Shown piece by piece: positions 29,791 through 37,650 of a stretch of 64,000 nucleotides of DNA. How positions within the stretch are numbered: position 1 is the first letter of the stretch; every line of letters starts with the position of its first letter. Position numbers and translations under genes: made by a program. Origin of the DNA: a virus. The notes beneath the pieces were generated by a model that saw only the letters and a program-made list of their open reading frames with translations, did not search any database and had not been told where the DNA came from. The stretch spans positions 1-64,000 of IMG/VR virus record IMGVR_UViG_3300032240_002557; one strand, given 5' to 3'.

Positions 29791-30429
29791 TTATTCTTCA
29801 GTATTAATAAAAAGATAAGGTTCTGAAATTCTATCCTCATCATTATATGTTCTATACTCTGATGTGTGATAATGGTACGACTTTATCGTTTTTGATGGAT
29901 TCCTAACAAGGTGTCCAGCCTTTTGCAGTTCAAAAGCTATCTTGTTATCACACCCGGGTATTCCTAATTTTATATCATAATCGCCAGGTATAATAGAATT
30001 TTTAAAAACCCAGGTATCCTGGCTATCCCATGTATCGTGATGAATGGGTTCTAACCCTGGTTTAAATTCCCATCTTGAAAGAGCAAATGCTTCTGTCGGT
30101 CTGAGTCTGGAATTCATCATCAAAACGTCTTCTGCTTTATAAAAAATATCACTATTTGATATTATCATTATTCCCTTATTCCTTCCAAGATGCTCTATTG
30201 CTATATCAAAAAGATTTTGATATGTTGGAATTTTTTCAATCCATTTAATTCTTATTTTCTTCCCAGCTGGTATTAATTCCCGGGGGGTTCCATTTTTTAT
30301 AACAAGAATGATTTTGTCTATTTCACAGTTTTTAAGATTCTGTTTAACACAATACCTTAACTCCTGATATCTTTCTGGATTATTCGGAATATAGAATTGG
30401 GTAACTAATATAATCTTATCTCTTTTCAT
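29791..30429 (-). CDS. GT-A-like glycosyltransferase
   Basis: ISNSDIFY, ALSRW, SQDTWVF, LGIPGCDN, YHYH; cluster context. Confidence 0.6.
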   Translation of the reverse strand: MKRDKIILVTQFYIPNNPERYQELRYCVKQNLKNCEIDKIILVIKNGTPRELIPAGKKIRIKWIEKIPTYQNLFDIAIEHLGRNKGIMIISNSDIFYKAEDVLMMNSRLRPTEAFALSRWEFKPGLEPIHHDTWDSQDTWVFKNSIIPGDYDIKLGIPGCDNKIAFELQKAGHLVRNPSKTIKSYHYHTSEYRTYNDEDRISEPYLFINTEE

Positions 30430-31272
30430 TTATAATTTTTTTATCTCTGTGTAGATATAATCGTCTCCAGATTTTAATCTTTTGACTCTTTCTAGATTAT
30501 CTTTAATATAATCTAATTTTGAGAGATATAAATCTTCGTCTAAATTTTCTATCGATGACAGATCCTCATAGAAGATAATTCCACCAGGATTGAAGTCTTC
30601 AACCACCTTTCTAGTTCCCCAGTAAACTGGAATTGTTCCGGTTGCAAAGCAATCTGTTATTTTTTCTGTGTAGTATTTGTCACAGATTACATTCTCAAAA
30701 ACAACAGAGAACATGTAATCTTTTAAAGCAGGAAGTTTAGATCTCCACCAATCGCCAGTTGGTCCAGACCCCTCTCCTATTCTAAGAGATCCGTGTGCAC
30801 CACCGAATAAGTCTATTTTATTTCTTAATTCTTTAGCAACGTCAAGTCTTAATTGGTGTCCGGTTGTTCTAGTTTTAGGAGAACATATCATAGAGCATAG
30901 CTTAGACTTAGTATATAAATTCATCTCTTCCCTCTTAGTCCAAGGCAGATTAGATCCTGGTGGAGCATAGATAAAAAATGGATCGCTCAATAGGCTCTCC
31001 TCACAAGTGAAGATCCTAGCATATCTGTCCTTATAATTAGGAAGATTTCTTTTAATAGATTCATGAACGTCTGGAATTATAGCAGGAGACTCACAAAGCC
31101 AGCCAAACTTTAGGTCATGTTTAGGGGTTTGTAAACCATCTATTACCTTTCCGTCTATATAAACATGGATATCAGAATCCTCTGATGTCCAAGAGAATAA
31201 ATCGGGCTTAAGATTAGAGCATGAAGAATATTCAGCAGGAAATGGCATTCCTATTCCTTTAATTAAATCCAT
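30430..31272 (-). CDS. GT10 alpha-1,3-fucosyltransferase-like protein (start probably 31272 rather than 31368)
   Basis: YMFSVVFENVICDKYYTEKITDCFATGTIPVYWG matches the alpha-1,3-FucT motif; WLCESP. Confidence 0.85.
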   Translation of the reverse strand: MDLIKGIGMPFPAEYSSCSNLKPDLFSWTSEDSDIHVYIDGKVIDGLQTPKHDLKFGWLCESPAIIPDVHESIKRNLPNYKDRYARIFTCEESLLSDPFFIYAPPGSNLPWTKREEMNLYTKSKLCSMICSPKTRTTGHQLRLDVAKELRNKIDLFGGAHGSLRIGEGSGPTGDWWRSKLPALKDYMFSVVFENVICDKYYTEKITDCFATGTIPVYWGTRKVVEDFNPGGIIFYEDLSSIENLDEDLYLSKLDYIKDNLERVKRLKSGDDYIYTEIKKL

Positions 31273-32363
31273 GAATTTGAGATTGTTTTTATTTGAATCT
31301 TTCCTAAACCATTTCCGGTAAAAGTTAAAGAGTGTAATGGATTTCTCATCATGCTTATTTCGTCCCATATTTTAAGGTCCCATTTAGGTTGGATATCTTC
31401 TATATTGGAAACACTTAGAATAATTTCCCCGTAATCTGCTTTGATGTCTAAGAAATCGTCGCTAAAATAAATATTGCCTCCGCTTTCTATTTCTAGTTGT
31501 TTAAATCTAATATTCCCCGTATGAGAAGAAGCATCATTTAGAAAATAAAATTCTAATCTATTATAATTCGAAAAATTATCTAAAAAGTTTAAAGCGCAAG
31601 AAAATACATTTTTCTTTGTATCGTTAAATAGGACTTTGATTTTCTTTACCCCTGCAGTGTATCCATATCTAGTAGCATCATCAACATGAACCTTTTGATG
31701 AATTTCATTCTTACCCTCAACCCTAGAATTTCCGTTGACGATATATTTACCATTGACAAAATCATTCCAATTATCAGAAAGTAAGAAAACACTATATTGT
31801 CCATTTAAAACTGGTAAAACATAATGTTTAAGAGCGTCATGATCTAATTCATTAATACCTCTAACATAAGCTGCTCTTGTATGAACTACCCATTCTCTAA
31901 GAATTTTAAATGACCCTGGGGTATAGTTAAAATAAACGGGAGATGCCTTTATACCCTCCATATCCCCGCTATGTGTAGCAAGTCCTATATCTTCTTTGAT
32001 ATTATTAAATTGGCTAAAAGGAAGTTTAAAATCTGTATCGCAATCCATCCATATTAATGGTGCTCTGTATTCCTTAATTTTTTTTAGAATAAACTCGGGC
32101 TTCATTAAGCAATTAGCGCCATAGTTGGATCTTGATTCTAACTCTGAAATGTCATAGGTTACCCCAAATCTTTTACATTTATCTGCGAGAGAAAGAGCAA
32201 AGTTTTTATAATAATCGTTCTTCATGAAATCAGCATAAAAGCTAATTATTCTGATTTTCATTTTTTCAAAAATGACGGGGGCTTCATTAATTTTTTGACT
32301 TTTTACTGCAGGTTGTTCTTTATGTTGGCTATTAATGATCCTTCTTATCCTTTCAAAAGACAT
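31263..32363 (-). CDS. Nucleotide-diphospho-sugar transferase (GT-A); start probably 32363 (MSFERIRR)
   Basis: CLMKPEFI...LIWMDCD DxD motif; the late-type motif overlaps the longer annotated start. Confidence 0.7.
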   Translation of the reverse strand: MSFERIRRIINSQHKEQPAVKSQKINEAPVIFEKMKIRIISFYADFMKNDYYKNFALSLADKCKRFGVTYDISELESRSNYGANCLMKPEFILKKIKEYRAPLIWMDCDTDFKLPFSQFNNIKEDIGLATHSGDMEGIKASPVYFNYTPGSFKILREWVVHTRAAYVRGINELDHDALKHYVLPVLNGQYSVFLLSDNWNDFVNGKYIVNGNSRVEGKNEIHQKVHVDDATRYGYTAGVKKIKVLFNDTKKNVFSCALNFLDNFSNYNRLEFYFLNDASSHTGNIRFKQLEIESGGNIYFSDDFLDIKADYGEIILSVSNIEDIQPKWDLKIWDEISMMRNPLHSLTFTGNGLGKIQIKTISNSWI

Positions 32364-32382
32364 AACGATTTCTCTCTTTATT

Positions 32383-32392
32383 TTATATATCA
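32383..32392 (-). promoter_or_regulatory. Candidate late promoter TGATATATAA
   Basis: About 20 nt upstream of the 32363 start of the glycosylation genes. Confidence 0.5.
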
Positions 32393-32970
32393 CTCTTTCT
32401 AGATGCTTGGAAATGCTCTATTACAGGGATTAATTCTGGATATAGATTCTTGGTATGATCAAAAACGAAAGTATATTCCGGGGGAAGATTTTGATATTTA
32501 AGTCCAGGTACTAGACTGACCGCTTTTTGCATATTTGCTTGTTCCCAAGTTTCAGGTTTATATCTCTGAGCGGGTGTTTGATCGTTTAACTTTATCCATT
32601 GATTAACAAAGGCTTTGGTCGTAGGGTTGTTCTTTAAAAAGATAGTTCCACTTAAAGCCTCATTAGATCTCCATTTGAAATTCTCTGTTCGGTACCCTAA
32701 ATCACAATCTAGGGTTTCTGCAAGATCTGGGTATGATCTAAAGACTGCATCAACATCAATATACAAGAGATTCTTTTCAAATTTTTCTAAGCACTCCTTA
32801 ATAAAATTTGCTTTATAGTGGGTGTTCTTTTCCCAAGATCCCAGATTTGGGATTGCTTTTAAAAAATGGGGGATATTAAAAGTCTCACAAGATTTTCTAA
32901 GATTTTCCGAGAGGCTTTCGTAATGGTTTCCTAAGGTGTAATAGGCTATGACTAGATAATTAGGCCTCAT
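32383..32970 (-). CDS. Nucleotide-diphospho-sugar transferase (GT-A)
   Basis: KANFIKECL...LLYIDVDAVF, LSGTIFL, WEQ, LPPEY, IEHFQASR; related to the neighbouring GT. Confidence 0.75.
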   Translation of the reverse strand: MRPNYLVIAYYTLGNHYESLSENLRKSCETFNIPHFLKAIPNLGSWEKNTHYKANFIKECLEKFEKNLLYIDVDAVFRSYPDLAETLDCDLGYRTENFKWRSNEALSGTIFLKNNPTTKAFVNQWIKLNDQTPAQRYKPETWEQANMQKAVSLVPGLKYQNLPPEYTFVFDHTKNLYPELIPVIEHFQASRKSDI

Positions 32971-33116
32971 AAGATATAGTATAGATATTCATACCCCGGG
33001 ATGTTATAGGATAACAATTTTAGTAGCCTTTTTAAGTTTTGTTTCAATAAATCAGAAATATTTTTTTTATCACAGGAATCGCTCCGGTTTTGGGTTATAT
33101 ATTATAGTTAAAGAGT

Positions 33117-33845
33117 ATGAAAAATTTACAACCATACTGGTTCTTACAGAATCCAATTGATGCTGAGCATAAGTATTATGTTCTAATGGACTTCTTGCAA
33201 TCGGTTGAAAGAGACTTAGACGAAAAGAAATATTCAGATCAGATCCAAAGAATAACCCGGGTTTATTCGGATTTGAAAACATTTCAAAAATCACACAAGT
33301 TAAACGATAAGACACTTAAACTAATGACCCAAGAGGAGCTTGATCGAATGAAAGAACTTGTGAGAGATATCAAAGATAACGAAGAGGTAGAAGAAATATT
33401 AATAAAGAGTATAGAGACCTTAGATTCTTTTATAGATAAGATCCATCCATACATCAAAGAGATTGAAAAATCCCTAACATTTAAAATACACAACGAAGAT
33501 ACTTTTTCTAAAGATCGGGGTTATATGATTATTAGAAATAATAAGAATAAGAAGATGAAAATTTATTCTTGGATGTTTTCTATTATCAAAGTCGATGATA
33601 TCGATCAAGTTGGATTACTCTTAAGCGAATTAATGGATCCCTTGCCCAATTACACTAAATCGGATAAAAAAATATACGATTTCTTTTCTAAGGAAATTAA
33701 TAATTTTTCCCCACATAATGATTGTTTTATTATAGTGGATTTAGAAAAAGGAAAAAGCGAAGATGAAATATCTTTCGATTTAATAAAAGAAAGATCGATT
33801 GAATTTATAGTAAATAACTATAGATTATATCTTTCACTGTTATAG
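33117..33845 (+). CDS. Hypothetical protein
   Basis: 242-aa ORF. Confidence 0.65.
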   Translation: MKNLQPYWFLQNPIDAEHKYYVLMDFLQSVERDLDEKKYSDQIQRITRVYSDLKTFQKSHKLNDKTLKLMTQEELDRMKELVRDIKDNEEVEEILIKSIETLDSFIDKIHPYIKEIEKSLTFKIHNEDTFSKDRGYMIIRNNKNKKMKIYSWMFSIIKVDDIDQVGLLLSELMDPLPNYTKSDKKIYDFFSKEINNFSPHNDCFIIVDLEKGKSEDEISFDLIKERSIEFIVNNYRLYLSLL

Positions 33846-34403
33846 TTCTCTTTTTGAGAATCTGTCGCACTTAGCAACAACACTGTCAAAATCTTCTTGT
33901 TTAATCCCTGCAGTTGCTGGATTAAAATCCTCGAAGTCTATGTATTTCTCGTCAATCTCCGGATACTCGTTAACAAATGCTATTTTAATCATTCCTTCGT
34001 ATGGTGAATAATAAAGGTCGCAAATAGTATTGCTATATTTCACTCCGTTATAACAAAGCATATAACCATCGGGAAGAATAATAGGTCTATAGTTAGATCT
34101 TGCGTCTAAATACTTTTCAACCTTAGGAATTAGTTTATCTATTGCTTCCTGCGAGGATGTCCTTAATGTGTTGATTCTAAATGCTCCGGATGATCTAAAA
34201 ATTACATCCATTAGCTCCCTTCTTTCGATAGTGTTTAATTCCTTGTAGATCATTTCAAGGTCTTCACAGAAATCATTCTTGGTATATCCTAATCGGTGGT
34301 CATACACCTTAGAATATTTAAACGGCGGAGTTTCCGCACCCCTTTCGTGAGATCCTGCAGACGTGCTTTCAAATAGCCCTTTATATGTTTTTAGATGTTT
34401 CAA
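33840..34403 (-). CDS. Hypothetical protein with capsid-targeting-like leader
   Basis: TTG start, MKHLKTYKGLFE|S; GGATATATAG upstream. Confidence 0.65.
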   Translation of the reverse strand: MKHLKTYKGLFESTSAGSHERGAETPPFKYSKVYDHRLGYTKNDFCEDLEMIYKELNTIERRELMDVIFRSSGAFRINTLRTSSQEAIDKLIPKVEKYLDARSNYRPIILPDGYMLCYNGVKYSNTICDLYYSPYEGMIKIAFVNEYPEIDEKYIDFEDFNPATAGIKQEDFDSVVAKCDRFSKREL

Positions 34404-34415
34404 CGTGTATTTGAT

Positions 34416-34425
34416 CTATATATCC
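34416..34425 (-). promoter_or_regulatory. Candidate late promoter GGATATATAG
   Basis: 12 nt upstream of the 34403 start; recurrent motif. Confidence 0.7.
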
Positions 34426-34445
34426 AAGGGTTTGTTTTAATAAAA

Positions 34446-34455
34446 GGATATATAA
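34446..34455 (+). promoter_or_regulatory. Candidate late promoter GGATATATAA
   Basis: Divergent partner of the 34416 copy, upstream of 34475. Confidence 0.7.
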
Positions 34456-34474
34456 GACAAATAAATTGCTGTCG

Positions 34475-35194
34475 ATGAAAGTTGTTAAATATTCAGAATT
34501 TAAACTGAAAGAATCTAAGGTTAATGAGGCTAAATATCTTATTATGGCTGAAAACCTTGATGCTCATCACCAAGACATGATCGCAAAAGGATTAAGTGAG
34601 TCTGAGATTAACGAAGGACTTGGTGATCTTTTAAGCTCTTTGGGTGGTGGTTTTACTGATAGATTAAAGAACTATGCAGCTGGTTGGTTACTTAAAAAGC
34701 TAGGATTACCTGCAGATAACATGTTTCTTTCAGAATGGGCAAAGAACATCGTGGAGAATATCTCATTCATGCACATTGGTAATTATTTTGGTAAAGGTTC
34801 TTGTAGATACTGGGCAGATGCTATAGGTAAAGGACTACTAGAGACGTTAGAAGAAAAAACCTTAGGACTTATTCTTTCTAAAGCTATCGGTATAGATGTT
34901 AACTTTAATAGCGGTTTAGGCGGTACGTTGATGGGTTCATTACGTGAGGCATTAACAAACTATATAAACAACACTGACTTTGTTAACAATTTATCTGCTA
35001 AATTAGAAGGAACAGTTTGCGGAGAGGGAACTTCATTTACTAATATATTTGGGGGAGGTAAAGTTTCCCCAAAGGATATAGCAGGTGCTGTTAAGACAAA
35101 AGAGGAAAACGCAGCATCTAATGCAGCAGGACTTGGAGATATAGTTTCTCCAGAAAAATCCGGAGGAATATTAAGCCTTTTGGGAATACAATAA
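34475..35194 (+). CDS. Putative internal virion protein (Gly/Leu-rich amphipathic), start probably 34475
   Basis: MKVVKYSEF...VNE|A and INE|GLGDLLSSLGGG; GGATATATAA upstream. Confidence 0.65.
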   Translation: MKVVKYSEFKLKESKVNEAKYLIMAENLDAHHQDMIAKGLSESEINEGLGDLLSSLGGGFTDRLKNYAAGWLLKKLGLPADNMFLSEWAKNIVENISFMHIGNYFGKGSCRYWADAIGKGLLETLEEKTLGLILSKAIGIDVNFNSGLGGTLMGSLREALTNYINNTDFVNNLSAKLEGTVCGEGTSFTNIFGGGKVSPKDIAGAVKTKEENAASNAAGLGDIVSPEKSGGILSLLGIQ

Positions 35195-35207
35195 AACATA
35201 GATCAAA

Positions 35208-35462
35208 ATGAACATTAAAGACGTTAAAAAAAGAGAGGTTTTAGACTTTAAGCAGTTTTTAAAAGTTGCTGCTGATCCGTGGAATAAAAAGAACCTTAGT
35301 AAGGAAGATAGAACAGGTGCACACGAGATAAAACTTGAAAAACCTTACGAGTATGTTGGATATGGTGATTCAATTTTTAAACACCAATCTAAAATAGATT
35401 ACCCAGGAACAGGAGCTCAGGAGTCAGGAATGGCTGCTAATTTGGGAACTCCTGCAGAATAG
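35208..35462 (+). CDS. Small hypothetical protein
   Basis: 84 aa; VLDFKQFLK near the N-terminus. Confidence 0.6.
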   Translation: MNIKDVKKREVLDFKQFLKVAADPWNKKNLSKEDRTGAHEIKLEKPYEYVGYGDSIFKHQSKIDYPGTGAQESGMAANLGTPAE

Positions 35463-35464
35463 AA

Positions 35465-35474
35465 AGATATATAG
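35465..35474 (+). promoter_or_regulatory. Candidate late promoter AGATATATAG
   Basis: Upstream of the acidic protein gene. Confidence 0.6.
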
Positions 35475-35491
35475 ATATAAATAAATACAAG

Positions 35492-36088
35492 ATGGAAAAA
35501 AAGATACTAAGTTTTGAAGAATTTTCTAAGCAATATGCTGAGGGAGCATTTGATCAAAACACAGATATGGAGGATTCCACACAAGAAACTCCGGATGAAA
35601 ACGTAGAAGATGACGGTGGCGCAGATTCTATAGATTTCACATCAGACGACGAGACTGAAGATGAAAACGAAGAAACAGACGGAGTTCCTGCAGATGACAT
35701 GGAAGATGATTCAGAAGATATGGATTCTGAAGATGAGGGGGATTCTGATAGTGATCTAGAAGATGCTGCTTCTGATGATGACGGTGAAGAAGAAGAGGAG
35801 TGGGAGGAAATGGAAGAAGACGAAGATTACGAGGAAGAAGAAATGGACGAGGAAGAAGAGGAGATGGAGGATTACGAGGAAGAAGAAATGGACGAGGAAG
35901 AAGAGGAGATGGAAGATTACGAAGAGGAAGAATGGGAAGAAGAGAACGAAAATGAGCATGAGCACGAAGAACATGAGTCTCATGAAGAAGAGCATGAAGA
36001 ACACGAGCACGAAGATGACGAAGAAGAAGATGAAATAGAGGGAGCAGAAGAAATTTACAACCCTGCATTCAACAGCTTTTTCAACTAA
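35492..36088 (+). CDS. Hyper-acidic (about 55% Asp+Glu) protein with capsid-targeting-like leader
   Basis: MEKKILSFEEFSKQYAE then Asp-rich, Glu-rich and His/Glu-rich blocks; has its own promoter motif and terminator. Confidence 0.75.
   Translation: MEKKILSFEEFSKQYAEGAFDQNTDMEDSTQETPDENVEDDGGADSIDFTSDDETEDENEETDGVPADDMEDDSEDMDSEDEGDSDSDLEDAASDDDGEEEEEWEEMEEDEDYEEEEMDEEEEEMEDYEEEEMDEEEEEMEDYEEEEWEEENENEHEHEEHESHEEEHEEHEHEDDEEEDEIEGAEEIYNPAFNSFFN
35825..35930 (+). repeat. 45-bp tandem repeat (DYEEEEMDEEEEEME, about 2.3 copies)
   Basis: GATTACGA recurs at 35825, 35870 and 35915 with near-identical intervening sequence. Confidence 0.85.
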
Positions 36089-36117
36089 TATTTAAATAGT
36101 ATTATATTATAGGAAAC

Positions 36118-36146
36118 AAGGGATCTTTCGATCCCTTTTTCTTTTT
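36118..36146 (+). terminator. Rho-independent terminator
   Basis: AAGGGATC-TTTC-GATCCCTT followed by a T tract. Confidence 0.8.
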
Positions 36147-36150
36147 ATAG

Positions 36151-36160
36151 GGATATATAG
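36151..36160 (+). promoter_or_regulatory. Candidate late promoter GGATATATAG
   Basis: Between the terminator and the rimK start. Confidence 0.7.
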
Positions 36161-36177
36161 GTTAACCTAAGCTATAG

Positions 36178-37650
36178 ATGGAAAATATACTAGAAGACAA
36201 TTTCATATTTCAGGGATCTAATAATACAGAGAAAGTTGAAAAAAAACCAATTTCTTTAATAATATTAACTACCAAATTAGAGGCTAAGCAAAAGACGTTA
36301 GCACCAACTGTAAAGAAAATGCAGGAAAAGTCTGCTTCTATGGGATTTAAATGTATAGTAATTAATACTTCTCAAGGAGAAATAGAAAAGACAGAAACGG
36401 GTAGCTTTTTCATCAGAAATAAAGGTAGTCAAAACAAGAGTGAAATTGATGTAAAGAACACAATTATTCTTGCTAGAAGATCTGCTATAAATTCAACAGC
36501 AGCCGTTAAATTTTTCGAAAAACTAGAATCCTTAGGTTTTGTGTCGGTTAACTCGCTAAAATCCGTTCTTCTTTGCGAAGATAAACTTGACACCGCGCAA
36601 AGACTTCAAGAAAAAGGAATACCTGTACCTAGAACAGCACTAATATCATCAGAGGATGATGTTGAAAATGCTATGAAAAAAATCGGGGGATCTTATCCTG
36701 TTGTTGTTAAGCTTTTAAATGGAACCAAGGGAATAGGTGTATTTCAAATAGATTCACATGCTTCGTTGCTTTCTACCTTACAAACTATTTGGAAGTTGTC
36801 TTCCGAAACCGAATTAATAGTTCAAGAAAAAATAGACGCAGATTCAGATCTAAGAATACATGTTCTTGGGGCGAGAGATGATAGTTCAGGCTATTCTGTT
36901 ATTGCTTCAATGAGAAGAAACAGAATAGAAAACGATTTCAGAACTAATGTTTCTTTAGGAGGTACTGCAGAAGCAATTAATATAGATCCAGAGATTGAAA
37001 AAATAGCAATAGAATCAGCAAAAGCAACAGGATGTTCTTGGTGTGGTGTTGATATTATTGTAGAAAAAAATACAGGCAAACCTTATGTACTTGAGGTTAA
37101 TGCATCAGCAGGTACCGATGGAATTGAAAATGCTACGGGATTAGACGTAACTGCTATAATTCTCGATTTTATACTGGACAAAAAGAATTGGAATTATCCA
37201 AGAAAACTTGTTGGATTCCGTGAGATTTTCACAGTGAAAGGTGTCGGCGATTTTATTGGAAAATTAGATACAGGAAACGGGGCAATTGGATGCTCAATTC
37301 ACGCAGATTATTCGGAAGAGACTGATGGATTCTTAAATTGGACTATCGGGGGAAAGGAATATAGTCACAGAATAGTAGAATACTCACATGCAGAAGTTGG
37401 GGATCAAACCGACAAAAGGCCTGTTATTCTAATGGATGTTGAATTTGGGGGAATGGTTTACAAGAAAGTTAAATTCTCTGTTGTTGACAGAACTAACAAG
37501 AGTACACCGATGTTAATCAATAGAACCTTTATGGAGCAAGCAGGTTTAATTGTTGATGCAAGTAAAACATTCTTACTTACAAAAGAACCAAATGGTTATT
37601 CACCGCTAGACGCAAAGGGAGATGCTACTGCGGGTATTACACTATTTTAG
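36178..37650 (+). CDS. rimK: RimK-family ATP-grasp ligase fused to a C-terminal RimB-like retropepsin protease domain
   Basis: CEDKLDT...GIPVPRT, YPVVVKLLNGTKGIGV, IVQEKI, DFRTNVSLGG, CGVDII...VLEVNAS; C-terminal VGFRE...GKLDTGNG...SIHA...KRPVI...DRT...MLINRTFM. Confidence 0.88.
   Translation: MENILEDNFIFQGSNNTEKVEKKPISLIILTTKLEAKQKTLAPTVKKMQEKSASMGFKCIVINTSQGEIEKTETGSFFIRNKGSQNKSEIDVKNTIILARRSAINSTAAVKFFEKLESLGFVSVNSLKSVLLCEDKLDTAQRLQEKGIPVPRTALISSEDDVENAMKKIGGSYPVVVKLLNGTKGIGVFQIDSHASLLSTLQTIWKLSSETELIVQEKIDADSDLRIHVLGARDDSSGYSVIASMRRNRIENDFRTNVSLGGTAEAINIDPEIEKIAIESAKATGCSWCGVDIIVEKNTGKPYVLEVNASAGTDGIENATGLDVTAIILDFILDKKNWNYPRKLVGFREIFTVKGVGDFIGKLDTGNGAIGCSIHADYSEETDGFLNWTIGGKEYSHRIVEYSHAEVGDQTDKRPVILMDVEFGGMVYKKVKFSVVDRTNKSTPMLINRTFMEQAGLIVDASKTFLLTKEPNGYSPLDAKGDATAGITLF

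Noticed and set aside
25167-32970. Host LPS/capsule island or assembly chimera
   Set aside because: No transport or polymerase genes, same AT-rich style and tight packing as flanking phage genes, and it carries the phage promoter motif.
32971-33116. Longest intergenic gap as possible tRNA/ncRNA
   Set aside because: No cloverleaf, T-loop motif or strong hairpin was seen. It is adequately explained as a divergent promoter region.
35476-35483. T4 late promoter TATAAATA
   Set aside because: It is the only gene-proximal copy I noticed and lies next to an AGATATATAG. Structural genes use the other motif.
35637-36068. Alternative-frame ORFs over the acidic gene (35637-, 35756-, 35763+)
   Set aside because: These are shadow ORFs from low-complexity GAA/GAG sequence. 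The 35492 frame has the leader, promoter motif and terminator.
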